Shown here in pieces: positions 38,301 to 47,584 of a stretch of DNA of 64,000 nt. Positions within the stretch are counted from its first letter, which is position 1; every line of letters begins with the position of its first letter. The notes under the pieces are model-generated. The model worked only from the letters and a program-made list of their open reading frames with translations, did no database searches and had not been told where the DNA came from. Location: positions 12,538 through 76,537 of the forward strand of contig CAZAOE010000001.1 in NCBI GenBank assembly GCA_964486685.1. The letters run 5' to 3'. Made by a program: the position numbers and the translations under genes. The stretch comes from an uncultured Gammaproteobacteria bacterium. GTDB taxonomy: Bacteria > Patescibacteriota > Patescibacteriia > UBA1558 > S5-K13.

Positions 38301-41157
38301 AGGAACCAGTGTTTATGCCCAAGAAAATAACAATGATATTATTGGTTTGAGAATATATCAGAACTTAAAACATTTATCACCTTTAGATTGGTATTATGAG
38401 TCAGCGCCAGTAATTAAGGGAAATCCTCAACCAATAAAAGTTGGTTCTTATAATGGTTTGCAAGATGGCCGGACAGTTTATGTGAATGTGGGTGAATTAG
38501 GTAATGATGGTAATTTATATACTAATATGTTATTAATATCTCATTCTCAGGATGTCAGTCCAGCTACTATTAATATATTTAATCAATTAATTGATAATTG
38601 GGATTTTAATATTAATATAGACGACTTAGACCAAAGAAATGAATTGGTAGATGATGTACAAAGATGGCAAGATATAAGAAGTATTGAGAAAAAATTAAAT
38701 GATTATGCTGATGGAAATAAATTTTGTGCTTATGTAACTGATCCATTAGGGGCTTCCTGTCCATCAGGTTATCATCATTTTGATATAAATGGTGATGGAG
38801 TGATTGATGATGAAGAATGTTATGATGTTTCTTCAAATGTAACTTGTAGATGGGATTCTGATTGTGAAAAGCATGAAATGGGTTTTCAGAAATGTGTGGG
38901 TGTATATCCAGAATTAAATGATGGTAGTTTTTTACAAGGTATTTCAACATCTAAATGGCCTTCTTGGGCATCTACTTTAGGTAATGATTTGGGTTCTGTT
39001 TTGCCCCATGATCCTATAAATGAATTTAATAGTTGTCCGACAGATTATGATGAACAAACTTGCTGGCATTCTGTTAATGAAGAGTTTTATTGTGCTTTTG
39101 GTTCACAAATTTACTATTATAGGGCTGATGGTAAAGAAGATTTAGATAATAGAGCTTTGGGTTTTGATTTATTTTCTGAATTTAATTCTCAAGAAAATTG
39201 GAATGGCCCATCATCATCATTAACAAATCATGCTTTAGATTTATATAATACTATTAAAATTGATAATCAAGATGTTTGTGATGATGGAGAAATTGGTATC
39301 TTATGTGGTAATGGAAGTTTGGATACTGGCGAACAATGCGATTATAGTAGTGCTAATAACACTTTAACATTATGTTCTGGTGGTTATAATGAAAGAACAG
39401 TTGGCTGTGATAGTAATTGTCAATGGCCTGATTATGTAGAATCCTATCAATGTTTAAGCTGTGGTGATGGATTGTTTAGCCCTCTTTATGAAGAATGTGA
39501 AATCGGATGGGGCGATATGATTTGTGCAGATGGCTGGAATCCACAACCCGTAAATTGTGTTGCTTGTGAATGGGACTCAGCAGTGGATCCTTGTGAATAT
39601 TGTGGTGATAATATTTGTCAAAATGGTACTAATAGTACTAATGATTATGGGGAAAATTATTCTACATGCATACAAGATTGTCATTGTCAGATTGGAGCTG
39701 ATATTGGTATTTGTCAACCAGCGTATGGTGAAAATAGTGAAGTCACTAGTCTGGGATATTGCGATGATTGTTCTTGTGGAGATGGAGTAGTTGATTCTAC
39801 AGAGGATTGTGATGATATGATTAGTATTGGTGAAGTTTGTGAAATTGATGATTATGCCGGGCATATAGATTGTATAGGTTGTGCTTGGGATGGTTGTTTA
39901 GCAGACGGAGAATGTGGGGATAATGTTGTTGATGGAAATGAACTTTGTGAAATTGGAGAAATAACTATTTGTAAGGAAGAGACAACTGGATATTTTGGTG
40001 AGAAGGCATGTCTAGCGGGTTGTTTAGCTTGGGGAAATTGTGTGGCTACAGAATGGTGTGGAGATGATATTATAAATGGCCCTGAAGGCCTTGAAGAATG
40101 TGATGATGGAATGCATTGTGAGAATGGAGATTCTTGTTTTGACAATTCTGTATGTAATGGTATTGGTGATGGACTTTGCAAGCCTCGGAATAATGATGGC
40201 TGTGATGCAAATTGCAAGATTGAACCTGTTTGCGGTGATGGTGTTAAAGAAGGAGCAGAACAATGTGATGATGGAAATACTAATGATTGTGATGGATGTA
40301 AAGGAGATTGTTTAAGAGTTGATAATGTTTGTGGTGATACAAATCTAGAATGCGAGGAAGTTTGCGATGATGGAAATACAAAAACTGAACGATGTGGAGA
40401 TGGAGAAAAAAATGATGGTGATTTTTGTAATGCTAATTGTACAGAGGGGTTTACTTTAAATGAACAATGTGATGATGAAGTTATGGGCCCAGATGATGAT
40501 ACTTATCATATTGAAGATTCAGGCGATGATGATGGAGCTTGTGTAATTGATTATATGCATTCATATTATTCATGTAAGAACAACGTATGTGGAGATGGAT
40601 ATTTAGATTTAAGCTCTGAAGAATGTGATTTTGGAGAGTATCCTGCTCCTAATGATGGATGTAATGACAGTAGTTGCGAGATTGAACCTGTTTGTGGAGA
40701 TGGCGTTCCTGGGCTAGGCGAACAATGTGATGATGGAGATGATCAAGATACAGTTTATACACTTGATCCTAATAATAATGATGGAGTTTGTGTAATTGAT
40801 TACACAAATTGGAATATTTCTTGTAAAATCAATATATGTGGTGATGGATATTTAAATCAAGTTTTTGAGAAGTGTGATGATGGAAATAGAATTTTTGGTG
40901 ATGGCTGTGATGCAGATTGTGATATTGAGCCCTGTAATGATTTAAATATAAATAATTGGGGCGCTTTTTTCTATGCGTCCAATAGTAGTGTTTGTGAGAA
41001 TTTACAAAATTGTCATTGTGTGTGGTGGGGTGAATGTTGTTGTGATTGTTTAAATAGTGGTGGGTGTAATCCCGCATTTTCTTGTAGTTGTACTGGTATT
41101 AATTGTGAGCCACCAACTTGGACTCCTAATCAATATTGTGTTTGTACTGAAAATTAA
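32341..41157 (+). CDS. Giant (2938 aa) surface protein: pilin-like N-terminal anchor, poly-Gly linker, multiple Ig-like domains and a C-terminal array of Cys-rich CGDG...CDDGN repeats
   Basis: The N-terminal ~120 aa are near-identical to the 30503 protein. Big-like domains (PPTVISVFPKDDQEDV...). Many C-terminal repeats of the 'Myxococcus cysteine-rich repeat' type (CGDGVKEGAEQCDDGNTNDCDGC, CGDGVPGLGEQCDDGD, CGDGYLNQVFEKCDDGN ...). The 8.8-kb ORF is uninterrupted. Confidence 0.7.
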   Translation: MLKKRKNLFLIFILFIVIGFVLPNISSAQILVPQVDNLSTGSIEEIAGTVIQLVLGLLGLIALVIVLYAGFMWMTSGGNEEKISKAKKILSAGVIGLIIILASYAITSFILQAAQGGGGGGGGGGQGCTPNECTGCYRCDLDGNSHYDETCPTCGSGGETYNFSVITNSPQGENISLCSLIQVKFNNIVDETTVNSQNFGLYDCGANSCAGNLINNLTPDGQFIIEEDIIQFILGEDYEQKHYYAVNIIHDGIADEDGEALLVDYYWEFKTGNETDTEPPTVISVFPKDDQEDVCLTSYITAEFSEDMDMLSLRNASSFYLYEDIDTLSDIDFFHQVYNDSLILYPNSNYEAVEDYFPLLNGSIIKDTCGNYLDGDGDGTHQDSDIDNYPSEGPSEEWNFITGDNLYCTPEITGVENNQTYYDATENLIISGHYLGNNPVLIFDNSIVVNQTSNLCMGNEYWYDGACVIWAWTEEEIKVAIPVTGGDNNGVRAGENLVEVQTDEGNVSANFDLLSPRINALYPDQGGVGQFISIWGINFKEDENINLSASEVYFRFNQDEYIEADLPCGQDAWEDEQIIISAPNNLNINNVYAVQIKKVYDDGTERWSNLADFYFNDEEAGPGLCSIDKDELFFEDEFNLNGIKLGDDIFYNREVILGDDYSSIQADVLEWTGNDGDGHNTDVEAITPLMGSATGVGVRVMVEETAGEQRFSNYLNVEILADESTNFYINYTSPTSTPIGGYVTIYGSGFGNSQDDKMVKFNIGGDDWTDGDFDFPDECSTAFWSDEQVIVKVPETFNGFGFPFSSKIKIIDSANYLETNAVNFEVNNEGLAPCICSVNPEFGTKENEIEIAGEYFEDPDDVDNFYFNTIFDNSGNFISGDYADFIIDSDELMFVTVTSTQTGLISARNINGYGNTWNFEYIEAGADITGVWDFYGWNFTTCADCENPRVSRKICNSNNGISFPSPEPGSTDVPQDTKQVYAAFEYPSSMALQMDTNTLITNNINVYKCASGENPGDCNARVSIDNITATPIFLLFKTVNSLEADYWYKIELNTDITDNEGSSLIPNNSDNNAYEWYFHINKEGGQCEPEQLSIVPENYSLAYLTPKSILYKGFLIDDGCYICNDSGYNYVWDKDDPNGLVNFSSRSGVSSEISVHLNQNYKIGDLQISATSTDAGGNGQELFDKTNLYITANCALFNDDWSSCIDNNAHQGFACCWDDISSQCVNDGSPICMRPFVKEIACQPTITLGSPSPVASSTDVVSNALIYMEFAKSGTSTVDMDLNTYTDNLEIYNCTDVNGSFADDICGNNLYNNLSFNYDAIQSSNSVVLYNHNNFILNTWYKLIATENIQDKYGSSLQPKEWHFKVGAGLCDPTNLEVSPSNWTLEIDESKKYTTYCYDEQCNVCLNNYTYEWEVANPSIAELNPDPGTNSSATSTGKAIGFTQITATTTINGEEISDFGDLTVTASIDNCSNYGSITPCNNSGSCCWDGSDCLTGVGNPACDDEESCNDYGDETACNDSHGSDHPSLNCCWALDGYCTSNLSVCEIFYNCSQFKEALDCEHSINNCCWGEDGECYGDGSPMCSNFKVIENYPEDASTEVCPNTLIRAIFNKVLDADSLAGNVNLYVEEGVGNWSSVTTTLNLYNNFAGQAVLKIIPEFLLDKNADYKVELTDGADGIKSTYGNVLNCSNGKCSWIFATANTVCELNYIEIIDPIDKYYLFTQPNEDKNFIAEGRDINGNTIVSMAGYDWSWYWESLDEDLVDLGGPYSDNVTATAENANGNTIVRVSALPIPSELRCSQIVNQIQCEGDSCCWFNGACMADFTECQNTCSVLTTEDDCLINDNCIWQDNMCHFENKWDYDNKDGYKSGLVYPDEAEVELFMCENIWPNVGSFEDDEYHFRLKYCRDGGLGYLATTQAEGLITTNGDGNELLREYIFKYNNPVALELEDMKDEKTILAQVGFLELFDSRLSWKLLGRMFGQFIDLFKGTSVYAQENNNDIIGLRIYQNLKHLSPLDWYYESAPVIKGNPQPIKVGSYNGLQDGRTVYVNVGELGNDGNLYTNMLLISHSQDVSPATINIFNQLIDNWDFNINIDDLDQRNELVDDVQRWQDIRSIEKKLNDYADGNKFCAYVTDPLGASCPSGYHHFDINGDGVIDDEECYDVSSNVTCRWDSDCEKHEMGFQKCVGVYPELNDGSFLQGISTSKWPSWASTLGNDLGSVLPHDPINEFNSCPTDYDEQTCWHSVNEEFYCAFGSQIYYYRADGKEDLDNRALGFDLFSEFNSQENWNGPSSSLTNHALDLYNTIKIDNQDVCDDGEIGILCGNGSLDTGEQCDYSSANNTLTLCSGGYNERTVGCDSNCQWPDYVESYQCLSCGDGLFSPLYEECEIGWGDMICADGWNPQPVNCVACEWDSAVDPCEYCGDNICQNGTNSTNDYGENYSTCIQDCHCQIGADIGICQPAYGENSEVTSLGYCDDCSCGDGVVDSTEDCDDMISIGEVCEIDDYAGHIDCIGCAWDGCLADGECGDNVVDGNELCEIGEITICKEETTGYFGEKACLAGCLAWGNCVATEWCGDDIINGPEGLEECDDGMHCENGDSCFDNSVCNGIGDGLCKPRNNDGCDANCKIEPVCGDGVKEGAEQCDDGNTNDCDGCKGDCLRVDNVCGDTNLECEEVCDDGNTKTERCGDGEKNDGDFCNANCTEGFTLNEQCDDEVMGPDDDTYHIEDSGDDDGACVIDYMHSYYSCKNNVCGDGYLDLSSEECDFGEYPAPNDGCNDSSCEIEPVCGDGVPGLGEQCDDGDDQDTVYTLDPNNNDGVCVIDYTNWNISCKINICGDGYLNQVFEKCDDGNRIFGDGCDADCDIEPCNDLNINNWGAFFYASNSSVCENLQNCHCVWWGECCCDCLNSGGCNPAFSCSCTGINCEPPTWTPNQYCVCTEN

Positions 41158-41352
41158 TAAGAATGAAATAATTTTGGTTTGAAAATAAAATTATAAAGAA
41201 TAATAGTGTTTATAATGATTAATTAAAATTAATGAAATAAATTGTTTTTTATATTATTAATTTATCCCCACACTTATTTCTAAGTCGTGGGGATTTATCC
41301 CCACTACCTTTTCAAGGTGTGAGGATATATGTTATAATAAAATCACTAATAA

Positions 41353-42579
41353 GTGATTTTTATGTTTGAAGATTTAGAGCCAGAAAAGGATTTTTCACAA
41401 AATAAATTGAACAATAAATTAGTTCAACCGGAAAATGAAAATATCGGCGATTTTTCACATTCTCAAAAAAATAAGTCCTATCAAGAGAAATTAAAAGATA
41501 CTCAATTTTCTGAAAATAAAAAAAATACTGAAGATATTTTTGCAGACACAGAAGGAAGTACTGCTGCTCAAAAAAATGTCAAACTTCCTAATGTTTTACC
41601 TTCTAAAGAAGGTCTTTCCCCAGTCCAGCCCTTAAAAGATTATCAGGAATTAATTACTGCTGGAGACAGTATTCAAGGAGATAAAATAAAGCCCCATTAT
41701 TTTATTTTGGGTTTGATTATTATTTTAATTTTTTTAGGTAGTTTTGGCGTTTGGGCCTATCAAAAATTATTTACGGGTGAAAATAATACTGGAAATATAA
41801 TTTTAAATACTGAGCCAGAAATTATAGATTTAGTAGAGCAAAAGGAGGAAAAAATAGTAGAAGAAGGTATTAGTGTCAATGAGCCAGCAATTCCCAATGA
41901 TATTGATGGTGATGGTCTTAGTAATGAAGAAGAAGAGGCCCTAGGCACCAACCCTAAAGACGCAGATACAGATGGTGATGGATTATCTGACCGAGAAGAA
42001 GTCAAAATTTATCATACAGAAGCGCTAGAGTGGGATACAGATGGAGACTCTTATTCTGACGGAGAAGAAGTAGCAGCGGGCTATGATCCTTTGGGCCCAG
42101 GAAGATTATTTGATTTTAGTTTGATTACCGGTGATAATTCCGCCAAAGAAAAAATTAAATCTCTAATCTATCCAGAAATAGATATATCAGAATGGAATAA
42201 TTTTAATAGTGAAAAGTTTAATTTTTCTTTTAAATATCCAAATACTTGGGAAATTCAGGAAAAAGATAATAAAGTTATTATTAATAAAGATGGTTCTAAT
42301 TTTATTGAGATTGAATTAAGAGAAAATAAATTAGAGTTAGATTTAGTTGATTGGATTGTTACCCAAAATGATTATCCAGATTTTATACAAGACCAAATAT
42401 ATGTTCATGAAAAACTCTCTCTTTTAGTTAATAGTAATGATCCGGATTGGTTGGCCCAGAGCTCTATATTTATCGGGGTTGGGGACAGAGTTTACAATTA
42501 TAATCTTTTTTCTGACGATGGTTCTGAGGAAAATTTTAATATATTTCAGGCCCTAATATTATCAACAAATTTTAAATAA
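41353..42579 (+). CDS. Single-pass membrane protein with thrombospondin-type-3-like Ca-binding repeats
   Basis: N-terminal cytoplasmic part, a TM ([22 protein letters not shown]), then [34 protein letters not shown]...[19 protein letters not shown] (DxDxDG repeats). Confidence 0.5.
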   Translation: MIFMFEDLEPEKDFSQNKLNNKLVQPENENIGDFSHSQKNKSYQEKLKDTQFSENKKNTEDIFADTEGSTAAQKNVKLPNVLPSKEGLSPVQPLKDYQELITAGDSIQGDKIKPHYFILGLIIILIFLGSFGVWAYQKLFTGENNTGNIILNTEPEIIDLVEQKEEKIVEEGISVNEPAIPNDIDGDGLSNEEEEALGTNPKDADTDGDGLSDREEVKIYHTEALEWDTDGDSYSDGEEVAAGYDPLGPGRLFDFSLITGDNSAKEKIKSLIYPEIDISEWNNFNSEKFNFSFKYPNTWEIQEKDNKVIINKDGSNFIEIELRENKLELDLVDWIVTQNDYPDFIQDQIYVHEKLSLLVNSNDPDWLAQSSIFIGVGDRVYNYNLFSDDGSEENFNIFQALILSTNFK

Positions 42580-42580
42580 T

Positions 42581-44080
42581 ATGGATATTGAACAAAAAAA
42601 TATTGAAAGCGAAGACATTTTTAAAAAAACCGATTTAGAGCCGGAAAATATTCAAGTTAATAATTTAAATTCTCCCCAAAATCAATTCAATATACCCACT
42701 AAGACCCCAAATAATAATGGTTTAGAAAATAATAAAGTTATTTTTAAAGAAGCTGATGAAAAAGTATTTAATCAAGAAGAGGGGGCTTCGGAGGTTGAAG
42801 AGGGGGCTTCGGAGGTTAAAGATTCTAATATTCATAGCATGCCAGATAAATTTTTAAAACCAGAAAAAGAAAATCAAGAAAAAAATTGGTTTTTGATAAT
42901 TGGGATTGCTTTAGTTTTTGTGATTATTTTAGCGGTAGCTGGATTTGCCTTTTTTGTCTTAAGAGATAAGGATAATCCAGACGAGATATTAAATATTGAA
43001 AATAAAACAAACCAAAATGTCAATACAAACACTGATTCAGCTGATGAAAATGAGTTTAATTTAGATACAGCAAGGGGTAGAGACGAGAAACGATTAAATG
43101 ATATTTTGGACATTAAAAACGCCTTAAGTTTTTATTATCATGATCATACAGAATATCCGGCTAATTTATCATCTTTACTAGATAAATATTTGAAAGATTC
43201 TCCTAAAAATCCTCAACCCGGTGGCGAGGCCTATGATTATCAAAGACAAGAAGATGGTCAAAATTATATATTAGTTTTTAGTTTAGAATCTGGTGGCAAT
43301 TTTGGAAATTTAGTTTTAGGAGAGGGTAAATATGAATTAACATCAATAGATGGAATTCAAATTTATTCAGAAGATGAAGAAGAAGATGAAAATGAAAATA
43401 ATAATTTAGAAAATAACGAAAATAACGAAAATACAAATGTTAATAATACCAATACCAACCAGGAGCTTATAATTCCGCCCAAGGGTCCAGATAGCGATAA
43501 TGATGGTTTAACCAATGCCGAAGAAATTTTATTTGGAACAAAATTTGATTTACCAGATAGTGATTTTGATGGCTATATTGATGGTGAAGAGCTTCTTGCG
43601 CTTTATGACCCAAATACAGCTGACCAAAGATTGGCTAATAATATAGATTTAGTGCGAGTTTATAATAATGATATTTATAAATATTCAGTTTTATATCCAG
43701 CCAAATGGTTGGCCACAGAAAAAACTTCAGAATTTGATGAAACGACTTTTTATGATAATGAGAATGGGGATTTTTTTAACATTCAAGTAGAAGAAAATCC
43801 TCAGGGCCTAAGTTTGCAAAAATGGTATTTATATTTTTCCCCAGGAGCCCAAATAGGACATTTAGAATATTTTCAAAATCCTAATGTTTCTGGATTAAAA
43901 ACTAAAGATGGGTTTAATATTTATATTGCTAATGAGGATAAAATATATGTAATTTCTTATATTTTAGTTGACATAGAAGAGTTAAATTATTTTAGAACTT
44001 TTGAAATGTTAGTCCAAAGTTTTAGATTTATAAATCAACAAGCAGGAGACGAAGAAGGTGGAGGAGACGAGGAAATATAA
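42581..44080 (+). CDS. Paralogous single-pass membrane protein with TSP3-like Ca-binding repeats
   Basis: TM (WFLIIGIALVFVIILAVAGFAFFVL), then PDSDNDGLTNAEEILFGTKFDLPDSDFDGYIDGEELLALYDP. Architecture is parallel to 41353-42579. Confidence 0.5.
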   Translation: MDIEQKNIESEDIFKKTDLEPENIQVNNLNSPQNQFNIPTKTPNNNGLENNKVIFKEADEKVFNQEEGASEVEEGASEVKDSNIHSMPDKFLKPEKENQEKNWFLIIGIALVFVIILAVAGFAFFVLRDKDNPDEILNIENKTNQNVNTNTDSADENEFNLDTARGRDEKRLNDILDIKNALSFYYHDHTEYPANLSSLLDKYLKDSPKNPQPGGEAYDYQRQEDGQNYILVFSLESGGNFGNLVLGEGKYELTSIDGIQIYSEDEEEDENENNNLENNENNENTNVNNTNTNQELIIPPKGPDSDNDGLTNAEEILFGTKFDLPDSDFDGYIDGEELLALYDPNTADQRLANNIDLVRVYNNDIYKYSVLYPAKWLATEKTSEFDETTFYDNENGDFFNIQVEENPQGLSLQKWYLYFSPGAQIGHLEYFQNPNVSGLKTKDGFNIYIANEDKIYVISYILVDIEELNYFRTFEMLVQSFRFINQQAGDEEGGGDEEI

Positions 44081-44081
44081 T

Positions 44082-44519
44082 ATGAAAGATAATTTAAATT
44101 TATTGGCCAATAAAAGAATTGAATTGGATTTTAATAAGATTAGAAAATGGTTAGAAAAAAAGATTAAGGCCTTGGAAAAATTAGAAAAAATTAAAGCAGA
44201 ACAGATATCTATAGTTATTACTGATGATAAAAATATAAAATTTTTAAATCAGAAATATCGTCAACAAAATAAAATTACAGATGTTTTAAGTTTTGTTCAA
44301 TCTGATATTAAAGAAGATTTAAAAACAACCTTGGATAATTTTTTAGGAGAAATATTTATAAATTTTGAACAAGCCCAAAGACAGTCCGACAATCTTCAAG
44401 AAGAATTAATAAAATTATTAGTACATGGTTATTTGCACGCTCGAGGTTATTTGCACAAGACAGAGAAACAAAGAAAAGATATGGATGGACGAGCTAAGGA
44501 AATTATTTTAAAGTTATGA
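44082..44519 (+). CDS. ybeY: rRNA maturation endoribonuclease YbeY
   Basis: Metal-binding motif HGYLHARGYLH (H..H.....H). The ATG at 44082 with a GAGGA SD 8 nt upstream is preferred over the track's GTG at 44058, which overlaps the upstream gene. Confidence 0.7.
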   Translation: MKDNLNLLANKRIELDFNKIRKWLEKKIKALEKLEKIKAEQISIVITDDKNIKFLNQKYRQQNKITDVLSFVQSDIKEDLKTTLDNFLGEIFINFEQAQRQSDNLQEELIKLLVHGYLHARGYLHKTEKQRKDMDGRAKEIILKL

Positions 44520-44890
44520 GTTTTTTTAATATTAAAAAATTTGTGGGAAGCATAAAATTTGCTTTTCGAGGATTGAAATCTGTTTGTAAAACAGAACAGA
44601 ATTTTAGATTTCAGGTAGCAATTTCTATTCTAGTAATAATTTTAATGTTTGCTTTTCAGGTTAGTAAAAAAGAGTCCGTGGTTTTAATTTTAATGATTGC
44701 CTTTGTTTTAGTAATGGAGTTGATTAATTCTGTTTTTGAAAAAATGGCTGATATGATGCAACCTCGAGTTCATATTTATGCAGAATTAATAAAGAATATT
44801 ATGTCGGGAGTCGTTCTTATTTCCGCCCTAGCTTCTTTGATTATTGGTTTAATGATTTTTATTCCTTATTTTGAAAAATTATTCGTTTAA
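44516..44890 (+). CDS. dgkA: Diacylglycerol kinase family (DgkA/undecaprenol kinase-like)
   Basis: ~124 aa, three TM helices, conserved ELINSVFE (E..N.aiE) pattern. ybeY-dgkA synteny with a 4-nt overlap. Confidence 0.6.
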   Translation: MSFFNIKKFVGSIKFAFRGLKSVCKTEQNFRFQVAISILVIILMFAFQVSKKESVVLILMIAFVLVMELINSVFEKMADMMQPRVHIYAELIKNIMSGVVLISALASLIIGLMIFIPYFEKLFV

Positions 44891-45027
44891 GAAAGTAAAA
44901 AATCAAGGAATTAAGAAAGTAATTTGATTTTTTGTTCAATTGATTTATTGATTATTTGAGCCAATGGTTTAACAATTAATTTTATTTAATATATAATTAA
45001 TATAACAAATAAATATTATTTAAAAAT

Positions 45028-46269
45028 ATGAGCAGAACTAATATTATAACAGGTTTAGATGTAGGTTCTAATAAGATTAGAGTTGTTGTCGGCCAATATG
45101 GCGGAGAGCAAAATGCTTTGCAGATAATTGGTGCTACGGAAAGTGAGTCCCACGGTATTATTAATGGTAATATTGTGAGCATAGAAGATGTGGTAAGTTC
45201 TATATCTATTGCTTTAGAAAAAATAGAAAAAATTATAGGTCTGCCTATTAATAAAGCCGGTGTAGGAATATCAGGTTCAAAAATAAAATCCATTATTAGC
45301 CAGGGCGTGGTGGCTGTGGCTAAGGCCGACGGAGAAATTAAGGATGAAGACATAACGAGAGTAATTGAAGCCGCAGAGGCAGTGTCTACTCCGCCAAATT
45401 ATGAAATTTTACACACCGCCCCTAGAAATTATAAAGTAGATAATCAAGAGGACATTAAAGATCCCATAGGAATGAATGGGGTAAGATTAGAAGTTAATGT
45501 TCAAATTATAATGGTTTTGAGTTCGCAAATAAAAACAATTACTAAATGTATTTATAGAACGGGTGTGGAAGTAAAGGATCTTGTTTTTTCAATTTTAGCA
45601 GATGCTGAGTCGGTTTTAAACAAAGAACAAAAAGAATTAGGATGTGTGCTTGTCAATATTGGTGCCTCTACTACCGATGTAGCCATTTATGAAGAGGGAG
45701 ATTTAATGCACGCAGCTGTTTTGCCAATTGGCAGCTCACATATTACTAATGATTTAGCTATTGGTTTAAGAACATCTATAAAAGTGGCTGAACAAGTTAA
45801 GATAGAATATGCAACTTGTCTGCCGGAAATGATTAGAAAAAGAGAAGAGATTAATTTAAATACCATAGACCCCACGGAAGATAGAAAGGTTCTTGTTTCT
45901 AAATTAGAAATTGCCAAAATAACCCAAGCTAGAGTAGAAGAGATATTTGAATTAGTAGCCGAGGAATTAAAGGCCGTTGATAGATTTGGAATGTTACCGG
46001 CGGGAGTTATTTTAACTGGTGGGGGCTCTAAATTAAATGGTTTAGTTGAGCATGTTAAAAATCAATTAGAGTTGCCTGTTTTTTTAGCCAAACCAATTAA
46101 AATAAATTCTATTGTAGATAAAGTTTATGATTTGTCTTATAGTAATGCTTTGGGTTTGGTTTTATGGCAATATCATAAACAGGGCAAGTGGCCAGGTCGA
46201 AAATCAGATCAGGGCATATTTTCTACAATTATTGATTGGATAAAATCATTAATTCCTAGCAGACATTAA
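45028..46269 (+). CDS. ftsA: Cell division protein FtsA
   Basis: Actin-fold ATPase GLDVGSNKIRVVVG at the N-terminus; lies upstream of ftsZ. Confidence 0.85.
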   Translation: MSRTNIITGLDVGSNKIRVVVGQYGGEQNALQIIGATESESHGIINGNIVSIEDVVSSISIALEKIEKIIGLPINKAGVGISGSKIKSIISQGVVAVAKADGEIKDEDITRVIEAAEAVSTPPNYEILHTAPRNYKVDNQEDIKDPIGMNGVRLEVNVQIIMVLSSQIKTITKCIYRTGVEVKDLVFSILADAESVLNKEQKELGCVLVNIGASTTDVAIYEEGDLMHAAVLPIGSSHITNDLAIGLRTSIKVAEQVKIEYATCLPEMIRKREEINLNTIDPTEDRKVLVSKLEIAKITQARVEEIFELVAEELKAVDRFGMLPAGVILTGGGSKLNGLVEHVKNQLELPVFLAKPIKINSIVDKVYDLSYSNALGLVLWQYHKQGKWPGRKSDQGIFSTIIDWIKSLIPSRH

Positions 46270-46322
46270 TTTTAAAAATTATAAGATAATTTGATTTTTA
46301 ATAAATTAAATAATTAAATAAG

Positions 46323-47510
46323 ATGGTTAAGAAAAATAGAGAAATAAAACCAGATATTGAGACCTTTGCCAAAATTAAAGTAGTGGGGGTTGGTGGTTCG
46401 GGCGGTTCAGCTATCAACAGGATGGTTTCAAATAGAATAAGGGGAGTTGATTTTATTGCAATTAATACTGACGCCCAGGCTTTAAATACCTCTAAGGCTA
46501 AAGAAAATGTTCAGATTGGATTAGAAACTACTAAGGGTTTGGGGGCTGGTATGGATCCAGATATTGGCGCTAGATCGGCTGAAGAAAATATAGAAAATAT
46601 TGAAAAGGTTTTAGATGGTTCAGATATGGTTTTTATTACTTGTGGTTTAGGTGGTGGTACTGGAACAGGAGCAGCTCCTATTATTGCAGATATTGCTAAA
46701 AATCAAGATGCCTTAACAGTGGCAGTAGTAACAAGACCATTTAGTTTTGAAGGAGCCCAAAGAAAAAGCATTGCCGAAAGAGGATTAGCAGAATTAGAAA
46801 GTAGAGTAGATACTATAATTACCATTCCTAATGATAGAATTTTAAATATTATAGATAGAAAAACTTCACTATTAGATTCATTCAAAACAGTAGACGAGGT
46901 TTTGTATCAAGGTATTCAAGGAATATCAGAAATAATAACTGTTCCAGGTTTAGTTAATGTTGATTTTGCAGATGTTAAAGCCATTATGGTGGACGCTGGC
47001 TCAGCCTTAATGGGCATTGGCAAGGCCACTGGTGAGGATAGAGCCAAAAGGGCAGCTAAAGAAGCGATTGATAGCCCTTTGTTAGATGTTTCTATTGCTG
47101 GAGCTAAGGGAATATTATTTACGGTTACTGGTGGTAATGATTTAACTATGTATGAGGTCAATGAAATAGCAGAAATAATCACTGCTTCTGCTGATGGCAA
47201 TGCTAAAATTATTTTTGGAACAGTTATTGACGAAAGTTTAAAAGGAGAAATTAAGGTCATGGTTATTGCTACTGGATTTGAGAGTTTTAATCTTTCTGCT
47301 AAAGAGGTTAGAAAATCAAGCGCTATGCCCTACAGTCCTAATTCTTATATGAATAAAACTCGAGTAGAACAAGTAGAAGATAAGGATGATGAAGACATAG
47401 TAAACGATGGTATAGAAGACGGAGAGGAAGATGAATATATAGAAGACGATTCTGATAAAGTTCAAAATGATTTAGACATCCCGGCCTTTATTCGTCGTAA
47501 GATGAAGTAG
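46323..47510 (+). CDS. ftsZ: Cell division GTPase FtsZ
   Basis: Tubulin signature [10 protein letters not shown], plus [15 protein letters not shown] and the acidic C-terminal tail with DIPAFIRR. Confidence 0.95.
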   Translation: MVKKNREIKPDIETFAKIKVVGVGGSGGSAINRMVSNRIRGVDFIAINTDAQALNTSKAKENVQIGLETTKGLGAGMDPDIGARSAEENIENIEKVLDGSDMVFITCGLGGGTGTGAAPIIADIAKNQDALTVAVVTRPFSFEGAQRKSIAERGLAELESRVDTIITIPNDRILNIIDRKTSLLDSFKTVDEVLYQGIQGISEIITVPGLVNVDFADVKAIMVDAGSALMGIGKATGEDRAKRAAKEAIDSPLLDVSIAGAKGILFTVTGGNDLTMYEVNEIAEIITASADGNAKIIFGTVIDESLKGEIKVMVIATGFESFNLSAKEVRKSSAMPYSPNSYMNKTRVEQVEDKDDEDIVNDGIEDGEEDEYIEDDSDKVQNDLDIPAFIRRKMK

Positions 47511-47584
47511 TAACTGAGTAGAAAGGTAAAAGGTGAAGGGTGAAAGTACTTTAAACTTTTACCTTTATACTTTATACTAACTAT

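Noticed and set aside
35537-41077. Several antisense or + strand off-frame His/Tyr/Asn-rich ORFs inside the giant gene (e.g. 38612-38950, 40829-41077, 35828-36016)
   Set aside because: They are reading-frame artefacts of the Cys/Asp/Gly-codon-rich repeat region of an uninterrupted 8.8-kb ORF. Their low-complexity HH/YY composition supports this.
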